A program made the translations under genes and the position numbers. Below the pieces are notes generated by a model. That model was not told where the DNA came from, made no database searches, and saw only the letters and a program-made list of their open reading frames with translations. A DNA stretch of 40,983 nucleotides. Source: a virus. Below, piece by piece: positions 1 to 9,052 of this stretch; position 1 is the first letter of the stretch; every line of letters starts with the position of its first letter. The stretch spans positions 1 to 40,983 of IMG/VR virus record IMGVR_UViG_3300020046_003171; one strand, 5' to 3'.

Positions 1-121
1 ACGGCCTTCTCCCGATTCAATAAGCTCTAAAACCCTGCGGTAACCAGCAAAGTTGACAAGCCAGCCATCAGATAGAAACATGTTATATGTTTTTTCACTC
101 GATACTTTAGGATACCGACCA
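1..121. repeat. Terminal duplication, copy 1 (identical to 40863-40983); circular-assembly overlap
   Basis: Compared base by base: all 121 nt are identical at both window ends, and an open reading frame continues through the junction. Confidence 0.95.
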
Positions 122-183
122 AAGACAGAGCTTCCAGCAATCGTGATTTCAACATTTTCAGAGCCCTGCTTAACATGTCTCAT
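1..183 (-). CDS. 5' end of the tail nozzle/hub gene that wraps the contig junction (ATG at 183, continues at 40862 downward)
   Basis: The frame of ORF 39390..40943 stays open upstream through the junction to ATG 183-181. It adds MRHVKQGSENVEITIAGSSVFGRYPKVSSEKTYN. That ATG overlaps the TGA of the upstream gene (ATGA), the coupling pattern used throughout this genome. Confidence 0.6.
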   Translation of the reverse strand, partial: MRHVKQGSENVEITIAGSSVFGRYPKVSSEKTYNMFLSDGWLVNFAGYRRVLELIESGEGR

Positions 184-896
184 GGACCAGGCACCCAGCC
201 CTTACCAAGATTTACTTGCGCATATGAGATGGTAAACCCTCTATTATCCAGCGTAGAAATCGTGTTAATCGTAAAATCTAACGGACCAGACATCTTATCA
301 ATGTTTGTTTCAAGTCGTTTTAATTCAGCCAGTGCATCAGGTGGCATTGGATATGAGTAGTTGATGCATAATCTCTTACAGAGTGCGAATTTTAAATAAT
401 CTATATAGAACCTGTCATAAACAGTTTCCAAATCAAGCATTAGGTTCGTCACTTGGTCTAACGCAAACTTGCCCCATAGCTGGAACAAATAGTTTTCGTT
501 AGGCTTGAAATACATATAAATGCTTGATGCATTCAATTGCCTTTCAACATGATAGGTATATGGCAATGATTGAATATTTTCAGCACGCGGTGAGCCAAAA
601 TAATTATCCCTGCCGATATCAAACATCTGATACCTGACATTGGACAAGAAGAATACGAGAGTAGATACCTCGGAGAGGTTATTAATAACGTATTGCTCTT
701 GCCCAACAACGCCAGGAAATTCAAATTTCTTAAAGTAAGGAACCAATCCAGTATCAACAGACTTATCGCCCAATATATCATTGAGCGAATCTAGACCGTC
801 ATCAATCTGTTCGCCTTCTGCCGTCTCGAAACCACGAGACACAATGCCAGACATGTTATAAGCATTGGTAATTAGCTTCGTTACGGTATAGGCCAT
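180..896 (-). CDS. Head-to-tail adaptor / tail tubular protein A-like protein (238 aa)
   Basis: Lies downstream of the capsid genes. The N-terminal LITNAYNMSGIV..DDGLDSLNDIL and C-terminal YIDYLKFALCKRLC pattern resembles gp11/gp4-type adaptors. Its stop is coupled to the next gene. Confidence 0.55.
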   Translation of the reverse strand: MAYTVTKLITNAYNMSGIVSRGFETAEGEQIDDGLDSLNDILGDKSVDTGLVPYFKKFEFPGVVGQEQYVINNLSEVSTLVFFLSNVRYQMFDIGRDNYFGSPRAENIQSLPYTYHVERQLNASSIYMYFKPNENYLFQLWGKFALDQVTNLMLDLETVYDRFYIDYLKFALCKRLCINYSYPMPPDALAELKRLETNIDKMSGPLDFTINTISTLDNRGFTISYAQVNLGKGWVPGP

Positions 897-905
897 GGTA
901 ATTCC

Positions 906-1637
906 TTACGCTAATTGGTCTAAGTATGCTTGGGTATTTAGCGTTAATGTGCCAACAACCTTGTAATCAATGCTTGGTGTAGCATCGCAAGGAACTGTTA
1001 ACGGAGCACGCATAACAACGCCAGCTACAGGGCCTGAGAGCACCGCATAACCAGTTGCGCCCGTTGCGCCCGTTGGTTGTAAATGAGCTAAATCCGCAGC
1101 GCCTGTAGGCGTGAGAATTGCATCAAATGTAACCATGGTTGCAGATGCAGGAACAGAGCTTGCAATGTTAACTGCAGCGTAAGCAGCAGAAGCACCAGCG
1201 TTCAATTCTTGAATACCAACGTCATACCACATCCAACGGTTTACGCCTTCGCCAACTTGACGGAATTCAAGAATGGCTGCAGCGCCAGAGGTTAGAACGT
1301 AACCGATACGACGGAACATGTCATAACCAAAAGGTAATAATGGACCGGTTGTTACGTTTGCAGATAACACAACAGAAGGCGTGTTAGCGAAATTAGAATC
1401 GCCAATTGCATAGACTGCATAGAACGTGTTGTTAGCTAATGCGCCCTGGTCTAAACCACCAGCGCCGGTTGTAGCTGCGTTAACAGTTACGGTTGCGGTT
1501 GAGATGATGTCGTTTTCGTTTGTGCTATTGCGCGCGCGACCTGATGCAACGGTGATAACCGTGCCTGAGGTCCAGCCTAGTCTTAAACCCTGAACATATA
1601 AGCTCGGAGCATTCTTTACGGGAGTATTTACGGACAT
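906..1637 (-). CDS. Beta-rich virion protein (243 aa), candidate decoration/head-fibre protein
   Basis: Sits between the capsid and adaptor genes. Ala/Gly/Thr/Val-rich composition with the motif ITVASGRARNSTNENDII. The function is positional only. Confidence 0.45.
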   Translation of the reverse strand: MSVNTPVKNAPSLYVQGLRLGWTSGTVITVASGRARNSTNENDIISTATVTVNAATTGAGGLDQGALANNTFYAVYAIGDSNFANTPSVVLSANVTTGPLLPFGYDMFRRIGYVLTSGAAAILEFRQVGEGVNRWMWYDVGIQELNAGASAAYAAVNIASSVPASATMVTFDAILTPTGAADLAHLQPTGATGATGYAVLSGPVAGVVMRAPLTVPCDATPSIDYKVVGTLTLNTQAYLDQLA

Positions 1638-1663
1638 AGTTTTATCCTCTTAATTAGTGGAGA

Positions 1664-1686
1664 GTCGCCCCGCATATCGAGGCGAC
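1664..1686 (-). terminator. GC-rich hairpin just 3' of the capsid gene (GTCGCC-11 nt-GGCGAC); no U-tract
   Basis: Inverted repeat 1664-1669/1681-1686 read directly. It lacks a T-run, so it may be an attenuator or mRNA stabiliser rather than a canonical terminator. Confidence 0.3.
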
Positions 1687-1696
1687 ACTTAAAACA

Positions 1697-2941
1697 TTAC
1701 AAAGGAAAAATGACGGACATGGTGTACTCGGGAACCGCTGTCACGCCATAAATCGCGTCATGGATCATACCGTAGCTGTTTAAGCCGAATTGAGCACCCA
1801 TGGTCATACGGAATGACGCACCGGAATCTTCATCAGCTTCGTTTGCAGTGGTGTATGGTGATTGGTCAGGCAATCTTGGCATTGCTAAGAACAATGGCTC
1901 ACCGGAACAAATCATACCTGCACGATGTGAAGGCAATACGGACACTTGCATACCAGCAGCGATTTCATTGTTAATGTTTTGGTTTTTGCCGCCACTTGCT
2001 TTTAATGGAGGATAAACGTTAACGGTAACTTGCGAACCTGCAGTTGAGCCGGCATTAGCGGTCGCGCGGAACTGTACTGGGTTGCCAGATACTTTGTGAC
2101 CGATGAAGGTTAAATATCTCATGTTTGGCTGGCCAGCAACGCCGTCATCAAACTGGAATTTGTCGTAAAGTTTTACGCTGTTTGCATCGTTCGCAGCTGA
2201 GGTGCCGGAGAATACAATTTGAATTACCGCATCATCAGCATCTTTTACTACGCTCACAACGGTCAATGTTTGACCGGCTTGGCCTTCGCTACCAGCGGTA
2301 TGAACGGGCAAGAGGTTAGATTCAAACCAGTTACAGTTTGAGAATTCGCCTAATTCCCAGCTCATTGCATCTTTGTTGTTACGGTTAGTAGCGAACTGTT
2401 GTAAGCCGCTGTTCACGATAGCAGGGATAGCGATATCGCTTAAATAACCCTGGGTATTTTGTGGAGCTGCGCCATAGTTACGGAACAATGCTAATGCTGT
2501 AGCTAATTGGCCGTAGCTATTGATTTGGGTAACGCCATCACCGAAGAAGCGGTAAGGAGCTTGAACGCACTGAAGCGCTGCAAAGGACTCAATTTGAGTT
2601 CCCATTTCTTTGGTAGCCGCTTTACCCCAACGGTTCATGTAGCCTTCAATATCATTGAAAACCATTTGTTGTGCGGTAAATTCGTATGAAACGGACAATT
2701 GTTGGTCAACCGTTAAAGATTGAACGCGCTGTTCAGCGGATTGGAATTGCGCAACCAAGCTGGCAGTTGTGGTGAAGCGTGGTGGTAATTCGAATGTTAC
2801 GGTCGAACCCAATTGGTTTTGAATCTCTTGGAAATTCTTAAACTTTTTGTTGGAGTTCTTTAAAAATGCAAAGCTATTTAGCAAAAATGCCAAATTCGCC
2901 ATTTGGTATGTTTGGACCTGTTGTAAAACGTTATTAGGCAT
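1697..2941 (-). CDS. Major capsid protein (414 aa, P22-type module position)
   Basis: Lies immediately downstream of the scaffold gene, with a size and composition typical of HK97-fold coat proteins. An SD-like GAGGGTGA precedes the ATG. Confidence 0.75.
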   Translation of the reverse strand: MPNNVLQQVQTYQMANLAFLLNSFAFLKNSNKKFKNFQEIQNQLGSTVTFELPPRFTTTASLVAQFQSAEQRVQSLTVDQQLSVSYEFTAQQMVFNDIEGYMNRWGKAATKEMGTQIESFAALQCVQAPYRFFGDGVTQINSYGQLATALALFRNYGAAPQNTQGYLSDIAIPAIVNSGLQQFATNRNNKDAMSWELGEFSNCNWFESNLLPVHTAGSEGQAGQTLTVVSVVKDADDAVIQIVFSGTSAANDANSVKLYDKFQFDDGVAGQPNMRYLTFIGHKVSGNPVQFRATANAGSTAGSQVTVNVYPPLKASGGKNQNINNEIAAGMQVSVLPSHRAGMICSGEPLFLAMPRLPDQSPYTTANEADEDSGASFRMTMGAQFGLNSYGMIHDAIYGVTAVPEYTMSVIFPL

Positions 2942-2980
2942 GATTCACCCTCAAAATGATTAATTTGAGGAGTGAGGTTG

Positions 2981-3682
2981 TTAGCCCCTAAGCCAAGGTT
3001 GTTTTCTCAAATCCCTGACTGTCTTGCCGCCACCATCACTCCCTGCGTTCGCTGATGGTCTGACTGCAGTTAATGGTGATGGTGCGTCTACGTTCTGGCT
3101 TTTAGCCGTTTGATTTTGCTTGATTGACTCGGACAGCCTTTGAAGCTGTTGGCGCGCCATGTGAGGGCTACGCTCTGCCAATCCAGCAATAGTCATGAGC
3201 TTTTGTGGATTTTTACTCAATTCGTATATCACGTCTGGAGTATTGTCCAACTGAGAGGCCAAGACGACAACGTGAGGAAAAGCTTGTGGCTCAAATTCCG
3301 ATGTAACCGCCTCGAAGTCTTCGTACAGTTGTTTTCCGTTCGACATCTTCTGAAGGTAAGTATCAGTGAGTTTGTTTACCTCGTTTTCATAAGCTGCTTG
3401 CTGCTCTTGCTGTTGCTTCGCGGCCTGCTCTTGCTGGAAACGTCCGTAAACTTGCTCATAGATTTTGTCGGCATCGACGCTTTGGGTCATCCCACCTACG
3501 GATTTTTGCTGAGCTTGCATCTGAGCAAGTTCCTGTTGGAACTGTGCTTGAGCTTCTTGCTTAGCTTTTTCTGCGGCGGCGGCTTTTTCTCTCTGGACGA
3601 TTCTATTCACCTGCTCAACCGTTAGGTTTTGCGGTGTTGCCTGTGGGGGCGTTTCAATCATCGTTCCAAGTTCATCAGTCAT
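2981..3682 (-). CDS. Scaffolding protein (233 aa)
   Basis: Sits between portal and capsid. Long Gln/Ala/Glu/Lys-rich helical segments (AAAAEKAKQEAQAQFQQELAQMQAQQ) are typical of scaffolds. Confidence 0.65.
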   Translation of the reverse strand: MTDELGTMIETPPQATPQNLTVEQVNRIVQREKAAAAEKAKQEAQAQFQQELAQMQAQQKSVGGMTQSVDADKIYEQVYGRFQQEQAAKQQQEQQAAYENEVNKLTDTYLQKMSNGKQLYEDFEAVTSEFEPQAFPHVVVLASQLDNTPDVIYELSKNPQKLMTIAGLAERSPHMARQQLQRLSESIKQNQTAKSQNVDAPSPLTAVRPSANAGSDGGGKTVRDLRKQPWLRG

Positions 3683-3767
3683 TTGTCAAACCCTTATTGC
3701 TCACTTAACCCCGTGACGGTAATGGCCTCTGCGTTGAGTCTACGGTCATTTGTACCCCATGACTGGG

Positions 3768-3793
3768 TAAAAAACCTTGGTATCGTTCCAAGT
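3768..3793 (-). terminator. Weak intrinsic terminator between portal and scaffold genes
   Basis: The minus strand reads CTTGG-AACGATA-CCAAG followed by G-TTTTTT. It lies inside an unusually long 190-nt intergenic gap. Confidence 0.4.
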
Positions 3794-3872
3794 AACGGAC
3801 GCGACGCGAGACCTGGAGGAAACACGCCGCTTAACTCAAGAGTTGTATATTGCAATTAGCTTAGCAGATAAA

Positions 3873-5972
3873 TCAATCCGTAGACAAGTTTGCTTTTTGT
3901 TGGTCCTTGCCTACTTGCACAGCTAATTTGATAGCTTCTTGCGCCATATCAGAATCCATCTTCTCAACATCGAGCGCATGTTTCATATCAGCACCTTCAA
4001 TCTCTGCTAATAGCTTCAAGAATTCGATGTTGGTTTTCTCTTTTTCATTCGCAACTTGAGCTGCTTTGATAGTGAGTGTGCCCTCTGCTTCTTCTTGGCG
4101 TTGAGCGATGCGCGCTGTTTCAATTTGAACCTCTGCTTGAATGAGTTCTTGTTCAGGCGTTGGCTTGCCCGCTGCTTCTTGTGCTGCTTTTTGCTGTTGG
4201 TCCATGAAGCCGATAGCTTTAAGCTTGAGGTCTTCAATGCCACGAATACTCATGTTATCTAGAATGGTTTCTAACCCAACCGCGTTAATGAATGTTGCGA
4301 ATTGCTCTGAAGCTGCCATCAAGGAAGTGATTTGCTGTAATGCTCTTTGCTTCTCAAGCGTGCCATTTGCACCTACTTCGATTCTGACCTGCAGACTCTT
4401 AGGGTCATACTTCATTGAAATGGATTCTGGGTTATCAGGCTTATTAATAATTTGATAATCACGCAAGCCGTTTGCTTTGCGAATAGGAATTGAACGTGGT
4501 GTCACATAGAACTTTGGTATTAGGTCAATAATAATAACCGCTATTCGATTCAAGCCGTTCACATAACCTACCAAGTATGGCTTAGATGCAGCATTAGAAT
4601 GAATTGCGCCCTGTTCAATTGCTCTGCCTGACGTGTCGCCATCGGTGATACCTAATTGTGCATCGTATGAGCCTAGGATTGCCTGAATAACACGGTCTGA
4701 GCCAACGAAGATGCTCTCAACAATAGGTGGCGTTGGTGTGCGCTGTATTTCCATGGGAGGTGGCAGCGGACGTTCGGGGTTTTTAGGGTCAAAAGCATAA
4801 TAGATAAGAGTTTGAGCGTTCTGCACGTCGGTATAGGTTTCAAGGTATTGTTCCGGGATACCTTCTAATGCAGCTTTAAACTTATGTTGAACCATGCCTG
4901 TGATTTCGGCGCCGATGGTTTGGCCTGCGAAGTTCTTAAGCTTCTGTGTCCCCATGGCCTGATAGACGTATGGCCTTGTCATTTGACGGGACGCATCCCC
5001 TGAATCTTGTGGTAAACAGACGGAATTACCATCAATAAACACAAGCGGTAGATATTTATAAGGTGTCTTTTCGTATCTTAATACTTTATTTTCGCAGAAA
5101 ATATAACGGTCAATCGTTTCGATATTAGTCCAACGCTCTGAAACGACTTCAGGTAATACTTCGAAAACGCCTGATTCAATCCAAGCTTGCGCTAACTGTT
5201 CATAATGTTTTTTGAGGATGATTTTGCCGTTAGTAAGCTTAACAATTTTCTCGCGCTTTTTAACTTTCTTGTAGAAGTCACAGATAAGCGCAATCTTTTG
5301 CTTTGCGTTCTGGTATGACCAGCTGAATCCCTCAATGGCACGCGTGAATGACATCTCTTTAACGGTTTCTTCGCCAAACTCATGAACCATCTCTTCGTAG
5401 GTTTTAGGGATGAGTTCGAAGCAGTATTCCCCGTCGCCTTTGTGTGAATCACGAGCAAGTGGATCGAACCCTGTCATAGTGGGGTCGAAGACGCGCTCAA
5501 CGACAATACGTTGCTCAAAGGATAATTCGTTTAGGTAGTCGGTAAAGACTTTGGCAACACTGTAACCGCCAGCTAAGCAGTCGGTATACAGTTTGTATTC
5601 TAAGCCGTCATTTGCCGCCCCCGCGAAGATATCTCGAATGTGGGCTTCAACCACCTCAATCGTTCGCACAAGCTCTTCCGATATCTCCGCATCCAGTAAC
5701 CCCTCAGCGGCACCAATCATCATATCTGGCTCGTGCTCAGCGAACTCACCGCGCAAGCGAGAGATAAATGCCTCTAGGACGTTAAATTCGATTGTAGGCT
5801 TACTGAGAGCGTTTAACTTACCAATGTCGGAGGTGCTTAGGGATGTATTGAACACGAAGTTCATAAATTGGTTAAACCGGTCCGAGTTTGGTTTCCAATA
5901 CTCTCGTGAGCCTTCGACGCATTTCTTGAGGTAATCTAACTTGCTGAGATGTTCATTCGAGATGTTAGCCAT
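3873..5972 (-). CDS. Portal protein (699 aa) with long C-terminal helical extension
   Basis: Follows TerL with an 8-nt overlap. The size, acidic core and ~130-aa Gln/Glu/Ala/Lys-rich helical C-terminus resemble a P22-type portal barrel. Confidence 0.8.
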   Translation of the reverse strand: MANISNEHLSKLDYLKKCVEGSREYWKPNSDRFNQFMNFVFNTSLSTSDIGKLNALSKPTIEFNVLEAFISRLRGEFAEHEPDMMIGAAEGLLDAEISEELVRTIEVVEAHIRDIFAGAANDGLEYKLYTDCLAGGYSVAKVFTDYLNELSFEQRIVVERVFDPTMTGFDPLARDSHKGDGEYCFELIPKTYEEMVHEFGEETVKEMSFTRAIEGFSWSYQNAKQKIALICDFYKKVKKREKIVKLTNGKIILKKHYEQLAQAWIESGVFEVLPEVVSERWTNIETIDRYIFCENKVLRYEKTPYKYLPLVFIDGNSVCLPQDSGDASRQMTRPYVYQAMGTQKLKNFAGQTIGAEITGMVQHKFKAALEGIPEQYLETYTDVQNAQTLIYYAFDPKNPERPLPPPMEIQRTPTPPIVESIFVGSDRVIQAILGSYDAQLGITDGDTSGRAIEQGAIHSNAASKPYLVGYVNGLNRIAVIIIDLIPKFYVTPRSIPIRKANGLRDYQIINKPDNPESISMKYDPKSLQVRIEVGANGTLEKQRALQQITSLMAASEQFATFINAVGLETILDNMSIRGIEDLKLKAIGFMDQQQKAAQEAAGKPTPEQELIQAEVQIETARIAQRQEEAEGTLTIKAAQVANEKEKTNIEFLKLLAEIEGADMKHALDVEKMDSDMAQEAIKLAVQVGKDQQKANLSTD

Positions 5973-7518
5973 TGAAGCGGTTCCCTGAGCTGAGTGCAGA
6001 TTGGCGAGCTAAGAAGCTCTGATTCATTCGTTGCAATATCGTATCATGAGTTTGCTGAGTGTCTGGAATGTAGAGTGTTTTGTCTATCATGGCGATTTTA
6101 ATGGCGTCATAGGCGGTATCGCATATGTCGTCATTTTTATGGGTATTATTCGCCGTGATTTTCTTCATATGCTTGATGCACATTGGGGCATGCTTCGCAT
6201 CTTCAGTAAAGGTCACGAGCTTGGCGGCTAAAATGGGCTGCATCTCTAGGAACCTGGCAGTTTTGCTGCCTGAGGCTTTGGTTCGTTTCACTTCTCGAAT
6301 TTGCAATCCTCGCATGTCACTCAAGACGCTACAGAGGGTAACGCCGCTGGATTTCTTTTCAATTGCCGCAACCAGTGGTTTGACAGGATGAAGCATGCAA
6401 TCCCCATAGAAAGACATGAAAGCTCCATGCAAATCCTTTGGCTCTATTCTCATTTCTTGGCAGTCTAGCCAGTGGAGCGCATAGCGTCCTGTTTTTTGGC
6501 CCATCTCTTCGATTTCATAGATACCCCAAAAACTAAATACAGTGGCATCGTTGTAGGATTTATCGGTTTCCGCAGTATCCGCAGTAATGAATGTGCAAAG
6601 TATGTTTGGCTCTCTCGGTAAGAATAGAAAGTCTTTTTCCTTAAAGAGCGCACCACCTGCAGGGATTGGGTCTTGCTGAAACTGTGACGCAAACGCATAT
6701 TCGTTCTTGTCCTGTTTCTCCCTTAGCATTTCCAATGGATTCACTTCAGGGTAAAGCGCGTTACCTGCATCATCGATGGACTTAAGAATGACCTGCTTAT
6801 ACTTTCTTTCGTCTCTGCCGCTGATTAGATAGGCTGCAAGGTCATCTTCATGAAGTCGCTGACCAATGAACAGAATGGGCACTGATGGTCCCCTGGGTCG
6901 CTGGACGATGGTTTCTCGGTAATTGGTAATGACCGATTCCCTAATCGTGTCTGAGTGAACCTCGTCCGGTTTGTGGGCATCGTCGATGATGACTGCGCCG
7001 GTAAAACGGTTTTGGTTTGGCAAACCAGCATCTTGCCCCGTAATAGCGCCAGACGCGCCGAACGCCTTAATAGAGCCACCCTGCACTGTCTGAAAGAAAT
7101 CCTTTGCTCTCGAATCATCGCGTATCCTCACCTCAAATAAATCGCCATACAATTTGTTTTGAATGATTCTTCTTATGAATTCAGTGTGCTTTGCAGCGAG
7201 GGATTTTGAATAGCTGATGTAAAGGTAATTGCTATCAGGCCAACGAGATAACGTCCAAGCAACCCACATCGAACACATGACGCTTTTGCCATAACCAGGC
7301 GGGACATTGATGATAACGTCGCGCTCTTCGAGTCTGAATACTTTAGTGAGTTCGCGGGAAATGGTGATGAAATGCGACTCTCTACCAATAGGCTGAGAGA
7401 TAACGAAGTCGCGTCCAGTGACTAAGGGGAAGAAAGTTTGAACGAATAAAAGAAAAGAACCCCAAAGCTGAGCTTTTATTTCTTCGGGGTCAACATCAAG
7501 TTCAATAGGGTTTCTCAT
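5965..7518 (-). CDS. terL: Terminase large subunit (517 aa)
   Basis: Carries a Walker A-like VPPGYGKS and a Walker B-like AVIIDDAHK, with an Asp-rich nuclease half at the C-terminus. It sits between TerS and portal. Confidence 0.85.
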   Translation of the reverse strand: MRNPIELDVDPEEIKAQLWGSFLLFVQTFFPLVTGRDFVISQPIGRESHFITISRELTKVFRLEERDVIINVPPGYGKSVMCSMWVAWTLSRWPDSNYLYISYSKSLAAKHTEFIRRIIQNKLYGDLFEVRIRDDSRAKDFFQTVQGGSIKAFGASGAITGQDAGLPNQNRFTGAVIIDDAHKPDEVHSDTIRESVITNYRETIVQRPRGPSVPILFIGQRLHEDDLAAYLISGRDERKYKQVILKSIDDAGNALYPEVNPLEMLREKQDKNEYAFASQFQQDPIPAGGALFKEKDFLFLPREPNILCTFITADTAETDKSYNDATVFSFWGIYEIEEMGQKTGRYALHWLDCQEMRIEPKDLHGAFMSFYGDCMLHPVKPLVAAIEKKSSGVTLCSVLSDMRGLQIREVKRTKASGSKTARFLEMQPILAAKLVTFTEDAKHAPMCIKHMKKITANNTHKNDDICDTAYDAIKIAMIDKTLYIPDTQQTHDTILQRMNQSFLARQSALSSGNRFNG

Positions 7519-8002
7519 TCTCTTTCAGCTTTTCCATCCGTTCCTTGATAGTAGTAGCTGCTTCTTTAGGAGGCTTTGTTGTTTCAACTTGCATTCTTTC
7601 GCCATAAATACGCGGAACAAGTTTGACGCCAATCCATTTACGCATATCAATTCGCAATCTAGAACGAGCAACAAATTCGCCGTTCATAATGGGATTTCCA
7701 TTGCTGTCGATTACAACATCTTCTGAAGAATCATCGGAAATTGGCAGGCATTGCTCAACAAACAATTCTGCTTGACAACGCTTAGCTTCTGCCCACATCT
7801 CTCTAAACTCTTGAATTTTATAACGCCATTTGCGAATAGCTTGCTCATGAGGAAAGTGTGGATGCGCTTCGAGGATTTTTTTCATAGAGAGAGTGGATGT
7901 TGCCACGGCCTCACATATTTCAGCGGCTAACTCAGGATCGTAAACATTTTCGATTGGGCGTCCCATTTTTGCAGGTTCGGGCTTGTCTTTTGCCTTGGCC
8001 AT
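7502..8002 (-). CDS. terS: Terminase small subunit (166 aa)
   Basis: The N-terminal GRPIENVYDPELAAEICEAVATSTLSMKKIL..IRKWRYK..EFREMWAEAKR matches the common HTH-type TerS pattern. It overlaps the terL start. Confidence 0.65.
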   Translation of the reverse strand: MAKAKDKPEPAKMGRPIENVYDPELAAEICEAVATSTLSMKKILEAHPHFPHEQAIRKWRYKIQEFREMWAEAKRCQAELFVEQCLPISDDSSEDVVIDSNGNPIMNGEFVARSRLRIDMRKWIGVKLVPRIYGERMQVETTKPPKEAATTIKERMEKLKENEKPY

Positions 8003-8005
8003 TTG

Positions 8006-8173
8006 TTATCCCTTTTTTGATTTTCCTTTGACGTCGATTGATTCGACGGGCTCTATTTTCGCTTCTTCTTTCTTGATGACCCCGGCGCCTTGGCATTCAT
8101 TGCAATCGCCTTCGATAGCACCGAGCTTAATCATTTTCTTTGCGCCTTTGCATTTTGGGCACTTAACTAGCAT
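8006..8173 (-). CDS. Small DnaJ-type zinc-finger protein (55 aa, below ORF-track cutoff)
   Basis: Hand-translated as MLVKCPKCKGAKKMIKLGAIEGDCNECQGAGVIKKEEAKIEPVESIDVKGKSKKG. It has two CxxCxGxG motifs, and an SD GAGGG lies 7 nt upstream. Confidence 0.65.
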   Translation of the reverse strand: MLVKCPKCKGAKKMIKLGAIEGDCNECQGAGVIKKEEAKIEPVESIDVKGKSKKG

Positions 8174-8200
8174 GCATTATCCCTCGATGTCATATTTAAG

Positions 8201-8422
8201 CTAGTCTACAATCTCTTGTGTATCAGGGCAATGCGGGTATTCAAAGAACAACCGGTTTAGCAGCTTACAGAGAGGCAATAGCCGCTCTATCATTTCCGAG
8301 TTAGACATCTTATCCCACTCCCAACTATGGAAATAATCGAATCCTCCACAATCGCTACACTGAAATTCATGCATTTGATCTCGAATCTCGCCCAACAGGA
8401 ACGAGACATCACTTTCATTCAT
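8201..8422 (-). CDS. Hypothetical protein (73 aa), first gene of the late block
   Basis: ORF with Cys/His residues (QCSDCGG..HCPD). No recognisable family. Confidence 0.5.
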   Translation of the reverse strand: MNESDVSFLLGEIRDQMHEFQCSDCGGFDYFHSWEWDKMSNSEMIERLLPLCKLLNRLFFEYPHCPDTQEIVD

Positions 8423-8431
8423 TTCAACCCC

Positions 8432-8460
8432 TTGACGACGACGAGTCGCTGTCGTATATT
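8432..8460 (+). promoter_or_regulatory. Near-consensus sigma70 promoter TTGACG-17 nt-TATATT
   Basis: The -35 element is at 8432-8437 and the -10 element at 8455-8460, with an exactly 17-nt spacer. It lies ~50 nt upstream of the first plus-strand early gene. Confidence 0.6.
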
Positions 8461-8479
8461 ACCACCATAGCGAGTCGTC
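8440..8479. promoter_or_regulatory. Operator-like 11-bp inverted repeat bracketing the -10 element
   Basis: GACGAGTCGCT (8440-8450) and AGCGAGTCGTC (8469-8479) are reverse complements except at the central base. The 18-nt spacer contains the -10 hexamer. Confidence 0.45.
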
Positions 8480-8508
8480 ATCGTAACAGAAAAGAAAGGA
8501 CAAATGAA

Positions 8509-8694
8509 ATGGCATATGCACTACCAAAAAATCATGTCCCACAAAAGCAAAAAATGTACGTAAACATTGACGATGGTCAAATAAAAACAGAACGCCAGTT
8601 AGGAATTGATTATCACGAATATCTTTTAAATTACGACAAAATTTGTTTTGAAGAGTATTTAGATATGTCTGGACATGTGGAGATTAATAAATAA
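8509..8694 (+). CDS. Hypothetical early protein (61 aa)
   Basis: First ORF after the promoter. Its stop overlaps the next start (TAATG). Confidence 0.5.
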   Translation: MAYALPKNHVPQKQKMYVNIDDGQIKTERQLGIDYHEYLLNYDKICFEEYLDMSGHVEINK

Positions 8695-8876
8695 TGAAAA
8701 GATTTAATGTATACGTAATAACAGAAAACTACGAACATTGCGGCGAAACAGAAACAGAAGAACGACTTATAGCAATGATAAAGGGTATCCACGAAAATTT
8801 CTGTGATGCAAAAAACTTAGTCGTAACCGATAAAAAAGTCCCCGGTTACGAATATCCAGCAACGACGTGGTTATAG
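8694..8876 (+). CDS. Hypothetical early protein (60 aa)
   Basis: Translationally coupled ORF in the operon. Confidence 0.5.
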   Translation: MKRFNVYVITENYEHCGETETEERLIAMIKGIHENFCDAKNLVVTDKKVPGYEYPATTWL

Positions 8877-8884
8877 GAATTAAA

Positions 8885-9052
8885 ATGAAAGCATCTGAAC
8901 TTATAAAGCAACTTGAAGAATTAATAAAAATTAATGGCGACCTGCCGATTCTTGTTGGTGACACAATAGGGTTAGGCTATGAAGAAGCAGCATTTGTAGA
9001 AATCGAAAAATCACGGGTAGAAAATATAAAACAAGGGATTTTAATAAAATGA
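8885..9052 (+). CDS. Small early protein (55 aa), member of a 4-copy small-protein family
   Basis: The start was moved to ATG 8885 because an AGGA lies 6 nt upstream. The protein begins MKASELIKQLEELIKINGDLPILV. Confidence 0.55.
   Translation: MKASELIKQLEELIKINGDLPILVGDTIGLGYEEAAFVEIEKSRVENIKQGILIK

Noticed and set aside
1-121. Terminal repeat as a genuine direct terminal repeat or as transposon ends
   Set aside because: The repeat is direct, lies inside a structural gene whose frame continues through it, and has a length typical of assembler k-mer overlap. It is interpreted as circular closure.
53-360. Plus-strand ORFs 53..235 and 175..360 at the window start
   Set aside because: They lie antisense to the nozzle-gene 5' end and the adaptor gene 3' end. 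They are artefacts of the window edge.
3140-3625. 161-aa Leu-rich plus-strand ORF inside the scaffold gene
   Set aside because: It is the antisense reading of Gln/Glu/Ala codons (CAG/GAG giving CTG/CTC). The scaffold frame is the credible one by position and composition.
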